NCBI GenBank assembly: GCA_965217775.1
Contig: CBDCJH010000002.1
Span: 288,001-352,000, forward strand
Length of the DNA: 64,000 nt
From: Acidobacteriota bacterium
Lineage (GTDB): Bacteria > Acidobacteriota > UBA6911 > RPQK01 > JAJDTT01
Reading direction: 5' to 3'
Both the position numbers and the translations under genes were made by a program. Each line of letters opens with the position of its first letter. The first letter of the stretch is position 1. Shown piece after piece: positions 48,401-57,641 of this stretch. A model generated the notes under the pieces. It was not told the origin of the DNA, made no database searches, and saw only the letters and a list, made by a program, of their open reading frames with translations.

Positions 48401-48642
48401 GTGAAGGTTGTCAGAGCCTCTGCAGGCGTGTAAGGCGGGACCGGCTGCCCGCAGCTCACGACCCAGAAAAGACAAAGCGGAAAAACAGATAAAAGAGAGG
48501 ACCTGGGGCTCAACAAGGTTACGAGATTGATACTATCAAGCCGACGAGCGGTCAAGTGCCCCCGGCTCCACTTGCGAAAAAATTGAAACGGTGTTTCTGC
48601 ACAGAAAACAGTAGGGAATGCAAATAGACATGACCTTGTCAT
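45490..48642 (-). CDS. PVC-type heme-binding CxxCH protein (membrane-bound dehydrogenase-like)
   Basis: FASEPMILDPVAMEFD, LEDTNQDG, GLDNWIY, WFRPVN..VGPDGALYVVD, HEAT-like middle, CDKCH..GPDL, SGMPEGLE; true start probably about 48520. Confidence 0.88.
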   Translation of the reverse strand: MTRSCLFAFPTVFCAETPFQFFRKWSRGHLTARRLDSINLVTLLSPRSSLLSVFPLCLFWVVSCGQPVPPYTPAEALTTFTIEEGFRIEVFASEPMILDPVAMEFDEHGRVFVVEMPGYPLDVGATGRVKLLEDTNQDGFPDRATVFVDGLVLPTGVLRWKQGILVTDAPNVWYFEDTDGDNRADLRKAVLTGFALSNPQHTVSSPLFGLDNWIYLAHEPAIKAIVFKDKFGDPGSKKRFPDRNDGPQLDSSTGNLRFRPDTFELEALSGISQFGLSFDRWGRQILVTNGRHIRQEVIAAAYLRRNPSLRAASPVADISDHTTRVYPITRNPEHRILTGPGSFTSACGISIYLGGLFPPPFSQVSFVAEPAHNLVHCDVLKENGVTLQASRSSEETEFLASTDSWFRPVNLYVGPDGALYVVDYYRRIVEHPEWMSDEFHSQDRGPQVLYEGSQQGRIYRITPVSEEPVPLVRNFPLGKASDPDLVEYLNHPNLWWRMHAQRLLVGRENVRAIDRLIEIAAGGRRPEARVHALWTLEGLGKLDASLIRKALGDPEPGVRENAIRLAESRLAKAPELADKLLAMTEDAHPRVRFQLLCTLGWVDSPGARNARRQLLMRDIDDEWMQMAALSASDVRPLNLFDTGVAEFGNEASKERIAFFRRIAAMVAAGSDPSGVRQLLRKVANARKPGSDWWRAAALEGLAQGIGQGSKSVTKGLSSNQLLRLYQASTPPVQRATLQLLELMEKPLSPAPEPLIRDLLDRIEDRAAVPDLRADSVRLLALFGVNSRFALLNSLLDPQEPPEVQTAAVRALGQIEGMESGRLFISKWRELTPPVRLAATVALLSRPEHVELLVSGIENDEVPFWTINQGHKIRLVMQQDASIRFRVHELLRKLEGERLRVLERYRAALSLSGDAVRGAQVFKKNCDKCHQIEGVGGRFGPDLGTVRNRSREELLTNIMLPSQSISDNYELYVVEMNNRVLQEGVIGSQTPVSVTLLREDDTEAVIARENIRRMYSSTVSGMPEGLEEEISVQEMAHLLSFLTTSAVPPIQ

Positions 48643-50327
48643 TGCGGATACTGCTCACCGGAGTTCTGCTGCTCTCAGGATCCAGCGTCCGAGCCATTTC
48701 TCAGGACTTCCAGGTGAGTTTCGAAGACGTGACCGAGGCAGCCGGACTGAATGTAACCACCACTTGTGGAACTATTGAAAAAAAGTTCATTGTGGAGGGA
48801 AACGGTAGTGGTTGTGCCTGGATCGACTACAATAACGACGGGTGGATGGACCTTTACATTATCAATGGGATCTCACTCGAGAATCTCTTCAACGGTGAGG
48901 CGGATACTTCCCGGGCTCCCAATTTCCTGTTCCAAAACAACGCAGACGGCACCTTTACCGAGGTCACTCAAAAGGCCGGGATTCTTGGATCGGGCCTTGG
49001 GAACGGGGTGGTGGCCGCCGATTACGACAACGACGGTTTTATTGACCTGTTCGTTACCAATTACGGTGAAGACCTCCTTTATCGAAATAATGGCAATGGA
49101 ACATTCACTAATGTAGCCGGGAGCGCCAACGTCGGTGGAGGCGGATGGTGGAGCACGGGAGCGACTTTCGGCGATTATGATCGCGACGGCTGGGTCGATC
49201 TTTATGTCAGCCGCTATCTCGATTTCGATCTCCAAAATCCTCCCACCGGCGGAGCGTCCTGCAATTACCGTGGGCTGCCGGTCATGTGTGGCCCCCTGGG
49301 CCTGAAGGGAGCTCCCGATGTGCTCTATCGGAACCTGGGGAACGGGACCTTTCGTGAGGTGACGGCAGCGGCCGGCGTCGAGGACAAGCAATTGGGGTAT
49401 GGGTTTTCCGCCGTCTTCGAGGACCTGGACAATGACGGGTTTCCTGAGCTCTTCGTCACCAACGACGCTGGACAGAATTATCTCTATCAGAACCGGAAGG
49501 ACGGGACCTTCCAGGAGCTTGCTCTGCTGGCTGGCGTCGCCTACAACCGCGAAGGCCGGGCTCAGGCCAACATGGGCGTGGCTCTGGGAGACCTGGGAAA
49601 TGACGGATTCACCGATTTATTCGTGACGACGTTCTCCGAAGACTACTACCCCTTGTTTCGAAGTTTCGGGAACTTCAATTTCGAAGAGATCTCGTTTCAA
49701 GCCAAGCTGGGGAAAATCACCATCCCCTACCTGGGCTGGGCCGCCATTTTTGGTGACTTTGACAACGACGGCGCCTTGGATCTCTTCATGGCCAACGGGC
49801 ACCTCTATCCGCAGGCCGCGGAAATCGAGAGTCTCAACTACAAGCAACAGGATCTTTTGTTTCGTGGCGCCGGGGGCTTCCGGTTTGAAGACGTTTCCGC
49901 GGCGGCCGAGCTCACGCGTCTGTCTCCCAAATCGAGTCGCGGGGCTGCGGTTTGTGATTATGACAACGATGGAGACCTCGATTTAGTGGTCCTGGCCATT
50001 GACGACACTCCTACCCTCTTGCGAAACCATGGAGGAAATCGTCGACAATGGCTCCAGCTTCGTCTGGTTGGCCGACCCGGGAACCGTTCGGCAATTGGTG
50101 CGACAGCAAGGGTGGTGACGGGCGAAGGGGTCCGGAATCGGCGAATACGGGGCGGGGGAAACTATCTGTCCCACAACGACCTTCGTTTGCATTTTGGGCT
50201 GGGGAAGAGCGAGCAGGTGGATCGAATCGAGATCAACTGGCCCAATGGTGGGCGGGAAACCCTGGAAAAAATCAACGCCGGCCGGATTCTGACGATCATC
50301 GAGGGTGAATCGACAGGCAGCCGCTGA
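48630..50327 (+). CDS. CRTAC1 family protein (FG-GAP repeats + ASPIC/UnbV)
   Basis: DYNNDG/DYDNDG repeats, MCGPLGLKG, SSRGAAVCDYDNDG, NRSAIGA, LHFGLG, IEINWPNG. Confidence 0.9.
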   Translation: MTLSLRILLTGVLLLSGSSVRAISQDFQVSFEDVTEAAGLNVTTTCGTIEKKFIVEGNGSGCAWIDYNNDGWMDLYIINGISLENLFNGEADTSRAPNFLFQNNADGTFTEVTQKAGILGSGLGNGVVAADYDNDGFIDLFVTNYGEDLLYRNNGNGTFTNVAGSANVGGGGWWSTGATFGDYDRDGWVDLYVSRYLDFDLQNPPTGGASCNYRGLPVMCGPLGLKGAPDVLYRNLGNGTFREVTAAAGVEDKQLGYGFSAVFEDLDNDGFPELFVTNDAGQNYLYQNRKDGTFQELALLAGVAYNREGRAQANMGVALGDLGNDGFTDLFVTTFSEDYYPLFRSFGNFNFEEISFQAKLGKITIPYLGWAAIFGDFDNDGALDLFMANGHLYPQAAEIESLNYKQQDLLFRGAGGFRFEDVSAAAELTRLSPKSSRGAAVCDYDNDGDLDLVVLAIDDTPTLLRNHGGNRRQWLQLRLVGRPGNRSAIGATARVVTGEGVRNRRIRGGGNYLSHNDLRLHFGLGKSEQVDRIEINWPNGGRETLEKINAGRILTIIEGESTGSR

Positions 50328-50407
50328 ATGCAATGGCAGGCTTATGCCTTGTCATTCTGTTGGTGCAGGATTCAAGAAATCGCACCGGACAAAACGGTGA
50401 AGCCTGG

Positions 50408-51430
50408 TCAGCTCCCTGTCCAGGAACGTCTCCACTCCCGATATCTTTCGTAGACCTGCGCCATTCTCTGTTCATGGGTTCCCTGCAGTTGGGTAATCCA
50501 CACGGCGGCGCGGGCATGGACCTTTTGCCCCGATTCCAAGACAGACCAGCCCCAAGTGAAGTCATGGGCCGTGTCATGGTCGTGGGGTTGGCCCAAAAGA
50601 GCGGTGCAGTTGTCATCCACGAAATGGACGGCCGTCAAACCGCTGGAGTCCTCAATGCCGACCAGAATGGGGTCAGCGAAGAACCAGTCCGGATCAAAGG
50701 CCAGGCTCCAGTCTACTTCCTTGGCATCCGCCACACGCCCGTCGCGACGCCAGAGGTGGGTTTGCGGTGAGGAGGAAATGAAATAAGAACTCTTCCAGGG
50801 CTCGCCCCGGGTGACCGGCTGCCACGAAATCCCACTCTCCGACCGGGAGGGTACGAAGGTGGCATTGAGTCTGTTCGGGAGGTAGGACGCAAAGAGGAGC
50901 TCCAGATCATTTTGCCTGCGGATGGCTTCGATGTGACCATCCAGGAGAATCACGTCATCCACGACCCGGTATTCCAGCGTTATACGCAAACCCTGGTCTG
51001 CCAGCTCTTCATCGGGGTAGGAGAGGCGAACTCCGTCCGGGATCGGCTCCGGTCTGACCGAACTGGCGAGCCGCCACGGTGTGATATCCCTGGGCCCGCC
51101 GGGCCTGAGGATCCATTCCGGCATCAGCAGAGCATTCGGGCGTGTCGCATTCACCAGGGAAGCGTTCAGCGGCGCAAAGACGCATTGCCCCACGCCCGGA
51201 AAATCACTCCTCCCCGGTTTCCCCCCGTCCCCGAAGCGGAAGTGACCCCTCAAGATGCCGGTGTCAAACGCAATCAGAGAATGCTCTGAGGGAATGGCGT
51301 CCTGAGTGGAGGGTTGCTCTGGTTTTGACGCGGACGGTCTCAATTCTTCAGAATCTCGACAATCGAGGCACGGGAGCAGGAAAGCAGCCAGGAATATGCT
51401 CAAAAAAGAGTTGTTCTTGACGTACATCAT
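50408..51430 (-). CDS. Hypothetical exported protein, possible lipoprotein
   Basis: GGAGGTG RBS, MMYVKNNSFLSIFLAAFLLPCLDC signal with Cys; no family recognised. Confidence 0.6.
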   Translation of the reverse strand: MMYVKNNSFLSIFLAAFLLPCLDCRDSEELRPSASKPEQPSTQDAIPSEHSLIAFDTGILRGHFRFGDGGKPGRSDFPGVGQCVFAPLNASLVNATRPNALLMPEWILRPGGPRDITPWRLASSVRPEPIPDGVRLSYPDEELADQGLRITLEYRVVDDVILLDGHIEAIRRQNDLELLFASYLPNRLNATFVPSRSESGISWQPVTRGEPWKSSYFISSSPQTHLWRRDGRVADAKEVDWSLAFDPDWFFADPILVGIEDSSGLTAVHFVDDNCTALLGQPHDHDTAHDFTWGWSVLESGQKVHARAAVWITQLQGTHEQRMAQVYERYREWRRSWTGS

Positions 51431-51551
51431 CACCTCCAGGATCGATGAGTGCCCCTGGTTGATCTCTCGAGGGCGGAGGCCGCGACAATAGAAGCTCTTC
51501 AGGATGGTACAGAGATCACGCTCCGATTGGGTCACCTGTAATTCGAGCCGT

Positions 51552-53279
51552 TCAAAGGGACCCGCGACGCGACCGCAACTGATCCGTTTCAGCCGGTTCA
51601 ATCGAGCCGTCAGGGGCGATCGCGACTCCGTATCGCTCGCTGGCTCGCTGCCGGCTGATCTTCCCCTCCCTGACATCCCGCAGGACGAGTTCCGCGTCGC
51701 GGGCCAAGGGAGGTCCGTAGCCCCCACCTCCACAGGTCTCGATGCGGGCGGTTTCCCCCGCTGCAAGGTGCACCGTGGCTTTTGATGAGAATTTTCGTTC
51801 CTGCCCATCGGAAATCACGAGATAGCGAGCCAGTTTGCCTGCCTCTCCCCCGAAGAGTCCGTGCGGCGCGAACCTGGCCCGGTCGGAGAGCGAGGTGAAG
51901 ACCGCTTTGTGGTCGGGAAAGAGATATTCGCGACACAGCCCCAGGCCGCCCCGGAACTGGCCCGGACCCTCCGAATCGGGGATCAGGCTGTACCGAGTGA
52001 TGCGAACCGGGTAGTTGAGCTCCGTCTCCTCGATAGGGGCGTTCTGGGTGTTCTGCATGTGGGTCTGCACGGCGTCCGGTCCGTCCGAACCAACGCGGCC
52101 GCCGTATCCTCCCGCCAGACTCTCGTAATAGGTGTAGTATTCGCCGCTTTTCGGATCTCTACCCCCGAAACCGACCTGGCACATCATGCCCTTGGTTCCG
52201 GCAGGTACCGCATTGGGCAGAACTTGGGAGAGCGCTTGGAACAGAATCTCGCAAAGGCGGACGGAGACTTCCCAGCCGCCGACGATGGCTGCCGGATGCC
52301 GGGAGTTCACGACCGAACCTTTCGGGGCAATCACCCGGATCGGCCGGTAAAAACCGTCGTTGACCGGAATGTCCGGATCCACCAGGCATTTCAACACGTA
52401 GACACAGGCCGTGAAGGTCTGAGTCAAATTGCTGTTCATGGGTGCCCAGCGCTGCTCGTCCGAGCCGGTGAAGTCAAAGCTGATGGTTTCCCCGTCCAGG
52501 GTCGCCCGCGCCTTCAAATGCACCGGCTGGTCGGTGATCCCGTCGTCGTCCAGCCATCCTTCGGCCTCGTAACTTCCCTGCGGCAGCTTCTCCAATTCGC
52601 TACGCGTGCGCTGCTCGGTGTATTCGAGCAGCCTGTCCATATAGAGCTTGAGCTTCTCGATTCCATAGTGGTCCACCAGAGCCGCCAAGCGGCGCATGCC
52701 CATCCTGTTGGCCGCGATCTGCGCCCGCAGGTCACCGGACACCTCCCGTGCCGCCCGCACATTGGCCAGCACCATCTTCCAGATTTCGGGATCGACTTCT
52801 TCCCGGGAGACCAGCTTGACCACGGGCAGAATGATCCCCTCCTGGTAGATCTCCCGGAAAGCGCCGATACTGGCCGGAGCCCCTCCTCCGACGTCGACGT
52901 GGTGGCAGGTATTCGTGACGTAACCCAAGAGTTCTCCGGCGTGGAAAAATGGGGCGATCAGAAAAATGTCGTTGAGGTGACTGGCCTGCCGATGGGGATC
53001 GTTCACCACCAGCATGTCGCCGGGCTGGAGGTTCTCCGCTCCGTACTCGGCCACGGCCCGCGGCACCAGCCTGCCGATGGTCACCAAATGAGCGGGCTGG
53101 CAGAAAGCCTGGGCCACCATTCTTCCTCTGCGGTCCACGAAAGCGCAGGAATAATCGAGCCGGGTCTTGATATTGGTCGAATAGGCGGTCCGTTGCAGGG
53201 AGACCGACATCTCTTCGGTCGCCTCGACCAGGGCGTTGCGGATCACCTCAAAAAGGATGGGATCGACTTTTTCCGACAC
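51552..53279 (-). CDS. Hydantoinase B / oxoprolinase family protein
   Basis: DPILFEVIRNAL...EEM, RTAYSTNIK..LDYSC, NDPH..SHLND, HHVDVGG, EIYQEG, DFTGS, DSEGPGQFRGG, GGGGYGPP; start uncertain. Confidence 0.9.
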   Translation of the reverse strand: MSEKVDPILFEVIRNALVEATEEMSVSLQRTAYSTNIKTRLDYSCAFVDRRGRMVAQAFCQPAHLVTIGRLVPRAVAEYGAENLQPGDMLVVNDPHRQASHLNDIFLIAPFFHAGELLGYVTNTCHHVDVGGGAPASIGAFREIYQEGIILPVVKLVSREEVDPEIWKMVLANVRAAREVSGDLRAQIAANRMGMRRLAALVDHYGIEKLKLYMDRLLEYTEQRTRSELEKLPQGSYEAEGWLDDDGITDQPVHLKARATLDGETISFDFTGSDEQRWAPMNSNLTQTFTACVYVLKCLVDPDIPVNDGFYRPIRVIAPKGSVVNSRHPAAIVGGWEVSVRLCEILFQALSQVLPNAVPAGTKGMMCQVGFGGRDPKSGEYYTYYESLAGGYGGRVGSDGPDAVQTHMQNTQNAPIEETELNYPVRITRYSLIPDSEGPGQFRGGLGLCREYLFPDHKAVFTSLSDRARFAPHGLFGGEAGKLARYLVISDGQERKFSSKATVHLAAGETARIETCGGGGYGPPLARDAELVLRDVREGKISRQRASERYGVAIAPDGSIEPAETDQLRSRRGSL

Positions 53280-53478
53280 CTGGTTTCGCAAGAACTGTCT
53301 GCTGATGTCGGAACACGATATCATGAAGGGTGGCCTCCCCAGAGTCGTCAACGGTTTCGTGTCGCTGCCCATGGTCCCGGGATCGGGGTCGATCTGGTCA
53401 GAGAGACGAGTTCCTGTGCAGGCCGCGGAGTGCCAGAAGACCTCACAGAAATATGACACCCATGATGTAGCTCTCTCT

Positions 53479-53643
53479 ATGGACCATTCCGGGAACGACC
53501 AACACTCCTTCGACGATTGGACTCAACTCGATCAAAATGAACCCTCCTGGCAAAGCGCCCTGATCGGTTTCGTCGTTATTTTCCTCTCGGTCGGTCTTTT
53601 CTTTCTCCTGTGGGTGGGACTGTTTCGGTATTCCTCCCCATGA
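53479..53643 (+). CDS. Small single-TM protein upstream of SSS transporter
   Basis: MDHSGNDQHSFDDW...ALIGFVVIFLSVGLFFLLWVGLF; ATGA overlap with the SSS gene. Confidence 0.55.
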   Translation: MDHSGNDQHSFDDWTQLDQNEPSWQSALIGFVVIFLSVGLFFLLWVGLFRYSSP

Positions 53644-55055
53644 ACGCAATTCTCTGGCCCCTGGTCGCCGTCTACCTCGTCGTGCTCATTGGAATCGGGG
53701 TCTGGAGCGCCCGGAAGCGCGTCGTAACGTATGAAGATATGACCGTCGCCGGCCGGGGCGTCGGACCCTTCCTGATTGCGTGTTCGGTGGCAGCCACGTG
53801 GATCAACGGGGTGACTCTGATCACCGTGACCGGCTTTGGGAAGAGCTTCGGTTTGAGCGGCTACTGGCACATGGGCGCGGTGGGAATTGGGACCCTTTGG
53901 GCCGGGATCTATCTCGTCCCCCGGATGTGGAAGCTCCAGGTCATCACGACCCCCCAGATCCTGGAACGCTTCTTCGGCCCGACTCATCGCGTGGTGGCTT
54001 TGATGCTGGCAATGCTGCGCGATTTCGCGGCTACGGCAGGGACCATCGGAGCGACCGCTATCGTGGCCTCGTCCGCACTCGGAATCAGCATTTTCGAGGC
54101 TCTGGTTCTGACCTACTTCGTGACCGTGCTCTATGTCACGCTGGGTGGAATGTGGGCCGTCCTGGTCACCGACACGATTCAGTTCTTCATCATTGTGCTG
54201 GGTACGGTGCTGCTGCTCATTTTTTCGATTCAAGGCGCGGGGGGCTTTGGCGGGATCTTCGAGAAAGTGAACGATCCGACCTTTTTTTCGCCGACCGGAA
54301 ACTTCGAAGCTCTTGAGATCATGGGATGGTTTTCAGTGGCATTCTTTCTGTCCAGCGGCTACCAGACTCTGGCCCAGAGGGCGTTTGCCGCACGCAGCCG
54401 GGAAGCGGCACGCCACGGTTTCATCTACGGAGGGCTCTTCTGTGTTTTCTGGTACATCACTCCCGCCCTGTTGGGACTGACCGGAATCGCCTTCTTCGGG
54501 AAGGAGGTGGAGGCCGACCAGGTCTTCATCAACCTGACCAACGAGGTGGCCGGCCCCTTCCTCGGAAGCATCATCTTTGTGTCCCTCATGAGCGCCAACA
54601 TGTCCACCTTGAGTTCAACCATCGGCACCATGGGATCCAACGTCACGGTCGACATCTATCAGCGGTTCATCGATCCGGACGCCGGTTCCGGCAGGATGCT
54701 CTGGATCTCACGCGTCAGCATCCTTTTGACCTCGGTCCTGGCCTGCGTCACCTATTACTACATCCCCTTCCTCATGGAGCTTTTCCTGATCGGGGGCCGC
54801 ATTGTCGGCGGCTCGCTCGCACCTGTCCTGATTGCGATCCTCCTGTTTCCGTCCATGCGCAGAAAGGGCCGCACCGTGTTGGCGTCCATGACCATCAGCG
54901 GTGTGGCTGTCATCCTGTGTCAGATCCTGAGTCCCCGGGAGCTCAAAGCGGGGACCAGCTTCTTTGTCTGGGGGTTTATGGATCCGGTCCTGGTCGGGGT
55001 GCTGATTTCACTGGTCGTGCTGGTGGTGGGCAGCCGCTGGGAAGGCAGGAAGTGA
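53640..55055 (+). CDS. Sodium:solute symporter family transporter
   Basis: VAGR, AATWING, TTPQILERFFG, LGGMWAVLVTDTIQ, QRAFAARS, ANMSTLSS, VTVDIY; paralogue of 42463-43920. Confidence 0.9.
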   Translation: MNAILWPLVAVYLVVLIGIGVWSARKRVVTYEDMTVAGRGVGPFLIACSVAATWINGVTLITVTGFGKSFGLSGYWHMGAVGIGTLWAGIYLVPRMWKLQVITTPQILERFFGPTHRVVALMLAMLRDFAATAGTIGATAIVASSALGISIFEALVLTYFVTVLYVTLGGMWAVLVTDTIQFFIIVLGTVLLLIFSIQGAGGFGGIFEKVNDPTFFSPTGNFEALEIMGWFSVAFFLSSGYQTLAQRAFAARSREAARHGFIYGGLFCVFWYITPALLGLTGIAFFGKEVEADQVFINLTNEVAGPFLGSIIFVSLMSANMSTLSSTIGTMGSNVTVDIYQRFIDPDAGSGRMLWISRVSILLTSVLACVTYYYIPFLMELFLIGGRIVGGSLAPVLIAILLFPSMRRKGRTVLASMTISGVAVILCQILSPRELKAGTSFFVWGFMDPVLVGVLISLVVLVVGSRWEGRK

Positions 55056-55089
55056 CCGCGTTTCCCCGGCTATGGGCAGGAGACCGGCG

Positions 55090-56886
55090 CTACGGAATGA
55101 CCGGCAGCACCAGGCGGGACGGGTAGCGCTTGCTGTGATGGATGGTCTGGCGGGCCTTCAAGATCTCGGCACTCATCCCCGACCGGTTCCCTGTGTTCAG
55201 ATTCCGGGCGTAGCGGGGAAAGTCGCTGCTCGAGACCTCGAGGCGAATCCGGTGACCCGCCTTGAAGACGTTGCTGGTTTCCCACAGGTTGATCGAGTAC
55301 TCATAGACTTTCCCGGGTTCGATGGGAGTCGGATGCTCCAGTGACGCCCGAAAGCTGGCCCTCCGAATTCCCTCACAGATGAGAATGGCTCGGCCGTCCG
55401 GGTAGACATCGGTCAGCGCCGCAGTGAAATCCGTGTCCACGGCACTCGACGCGGCATACAATTTGAGTTCGACGGGCCCGGTGACTTCCAGGTCCTCCTC
55501 CAGGGGCTCCGAAGTGTAGACGAGAATATCCTGGCGCTCCTGCAGCGCTCGCCGATCCCGAGGGCCTTGCAACTCGGGATTCGTGGAAATACGCCCGCCC
55601 AAGGTGGGGACGGGATTTTCCGGATCGTAAACAAAGCCGTCCGCAGGAACGTTCGGTCCGAGTTCTGCGGTCGTCAAGGATCCGTCCCCCTGGAGCGAAT
55701 TGGCCTTTCCGTCGCTGTCCAGATAGAAGGGGGTGAATCGGGTTCGCTCCAGAGGCCATTCATTCTCGAAGCGCCACTGGTTCGCTCCCATCACGAAGAT
55801 CTTGATGGGCGGCTCCTCGCCAATGCCGTTTTTCATCCCCTTGAGCCAAAAGTCATACCAGCGCACGTGAAAATCAAGACTGTCGTAGGTTGCGTTCTCG
55901 CCGAAGTCGACGGGCCAGTCCGGGTCCACGCGATTTACCGCGTGGGTCCAGGGCCCGACGATGATCTTGGTGCCCTCCCGGGCGGCGGCAGATCCACCCT
56001 GTAGGCGAAACCCGTTCAGGTTTCTCCAGCCTTCGAGGAGAAGATTGCCGTACCAGCCGTTGACGAAGAAGGCAGGGGCCTGGATGAGATGGTATTTGTC
56101 CTTGATTCCGTGCGCCTTCCAGTACTCGTCATAGGTGGAATGCTCGATCCATTTCTTGACGTTGGGCAAATCCACAATGTCATCCAGGGCCGTGATCAAC
56201 GGCAATCGCCGATAGATCTCGTCATAGTCGAGAAAGGGATCGCCCGAATAGACACCGGCGATGGTGGGCTGCAACACTCTTCCGGAACCGAATAGACCGG
56301 CCGTAATCACCACGTTGAGCTGGAGCACGCCATCGTTGTAGATGTGTCCGAAATTGGTCTGCTGGCAGGAACTGGGGATCATGCACAGCACATGGGGACT
56401 CTGCAAGGGAGCCGGCATCAGTTGGGTGAAGCCGTTGTAGGAATGGCCGAAGAGGCCGATTTTTCCATTGCACCAGCTCTGTTTCCCCACCCACTGCTGG
56501 GTATCGTAGCCGTCCTCCGGTTCGTACACATAGAACTCGAATTCTCCGTCGGAATCGTAGCGTCCTCGGACGTCCACCATGACGACTGCATAGCCCCTGC
56601 GGGCGAAGTACAGGGCCATCTTCATATACCCCTGCGTCCCGTGATAGCTGCGCAGGAGCAGTGTCGGAAATTTTCCGGGTGCGTCAGGACGAAAGACATC
56701 GGCCGCCAGATTTACCCCGTCGCGCATGGGAACCTTCAGGTTGATCTGAGTCCTGATGCGATACTCGGGCTGGGACCTGGGTTCCTCTGCGCCCTGGGGC
56801 GCAATGCCTGCCGCCAGCGCGGCGCCGGCGAGCAGGAGGATGGTCAGCGGGATCGGGAGGGATGGCAATCGGCACTGGTTCGGCAT
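55090..56886 (-). CDS. CocE/NonD family hydrolase, secreted
   Basis: Signal peptide, VPMRDGVNLAAD, DVRGRYDSDG, GHSYNG, VGPWTH, YDPENPVPT, GHRIRLEVSSSDFPR. Confidence 0.9.
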   Translation of the reverse strand: MPNQCRLPSLPIPLTILLLAGAALAAGIAPQGAEEPRSQPEYRIRTQINLKVPMRDGVNLAADVFRPDAPGKFPTLLLRSYHGTQGYMKMALYFARRGYAVVMVDVRGRYDSDGEFEFYVYEPEDGYDTQQWVGKQSWCNGKIGLFGHSYNGFTQLMPAPLQSPHVLCMIPSSCQQTNFGHIYNDGVLQLNVVITAGLFGSGRVLQPTIAGVYSGDPFLDYDEIYRRLPLITALDDIVDLPNVKKWIEHSTYDEYWKAHGIKDKYHLIQAPAFFVNGWYGNLLLEGWRNLNGFRLQGGSAAAREGTKIIVGPWTHAVNRVDPDWPVDFGENATYDSLDFHVRWYDFWLKGMKNGIGEEPPIKIFVMGANQWRFENEWPLERTRFTPFYLDSDGKANSLQGDGSLTTAELGPNVPADGFVYDPENPVPTLGGRISTNPELQGPRDRRALQERQDILVYTSEPLEEDLEVTGPVELKLYAASSAVDTDFTAALTDVYPDGRAILICEGIRRASFRASLEHPTPIEPGKVYEYSINLWETSNVFKAGHRIRLEVSSSDFPRYARNLNTGNRSGMSAEILKARQTIHHSKRYPSRLVLPVIP

Positions 56887-57084
56887 GGGCTACTCCTGAG
56901 CAGTAGGGAAGCAAACGATTTCACCTCATTCTAGCCTGTTCACATGCCACCCGGAAACCAGTCGGGTATTGGAAAATCGGAGGCACCAGCCAAACCCGAA
57001 GGCCCGATAGGCGCAACGACCGGAAGAGACCCGCCCCACTTCCTGTTCTCGAACAGCCTCTTGGCAATGGATTCCTTCTTTCAA

Positions 57085-57119
57085 CCCTGGTATAACTACA
57101 ATTTGTAGTTATACCAGGG
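57085..57119. promoter_or_regulatory. Perfect 35-bp palindrome, likely BrnA operator
   Basis: CCCTGGTATAACTACAA-T-TTGTAGTTATACCAGGG directly upstream of the brnT ATG. Confidence 0.75.
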
Positions 57120-57121
57120 CA

Positions 57122-57397
57122 ATGGAATTTGAGTGGGACGAGGCCAAGAATCAAGCGAACATCCGGAAGCATGGTGTCAGTTTCGAGACCGCCAGACGCA
57201 TCTTCGAGAGCTTCGTCCTGACGTGGCTCGACGATCGCCGGGACTACGGCGAGGACCGCTACATCAGCATCGGCCGGATAGGGCGGGCGGCACGGATCGT
57301 GGTCGCTCATACCAACAGAGACGGTCGCACTCGGTTGATCTCCGCCCGTCCGGCGTCCCGCAAGGAAAGGCAGGCTTACCATGAGCGAATACGATAG
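57122..57397 (+). CDS. brnT: BrnT family toxin
   Basis: FEWDEAKNQANIRKHGVSFE, DYGEDRY..IG, RLISARPASRKER. Confidence 0.93.
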   Translation: MEFEWDEAKNQANIRKHGVSFETARRIFESFVLTWLDDRRDYGEDRYISIGRIGRAARIVVAHTNRDGRTRLISARPASRKERQAYHERIR

Positions 57398-57641
57398 CCC
57401 CCTTACCCCCGCGCAGATCGCGGCCACAAAGGACGAGAATATCGACTTCAGCGAAATCCCCGAGTTGGACGAAACCTTCTGGCAGCATGCGAAACTCATT
57501 GAGCCTGATCTTACGGAGCAGATCACCTTACGCGTTAAACGTTCGGTGTTGACCTATTTCAGAGCTTCGGGCAAGGGCTACCAAACACGGATCAACCGTG
57601 TGCTGGAAAGTTACGTGCGGGCACAGAGAGAGCCCAGATAG
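57381..57641 (+). CDS. brnA: BrnA family antitoxin
   Basis: IDFSEIPELDETFW, QITLRV...VL.YFRASGKGYQTRINRVL; overlaps brnT. Confidence 0.92.
   Translation: MSEYDSPLTPAQIAATKDENIDFSEIPELDETFWQHAKLIEPDLTEQITLRVKRSVLTYFRASGKGYQTRINRVLESYVRAQREPR

Noticed and set aside
56933-57059. Possible degenerate MITE (AGCCTGTTC ... GAACAGCCT)
   Set aside because: Match is short, has no target duplication, and is equally explained by a local CTGTTC/GAACAG hairpin.
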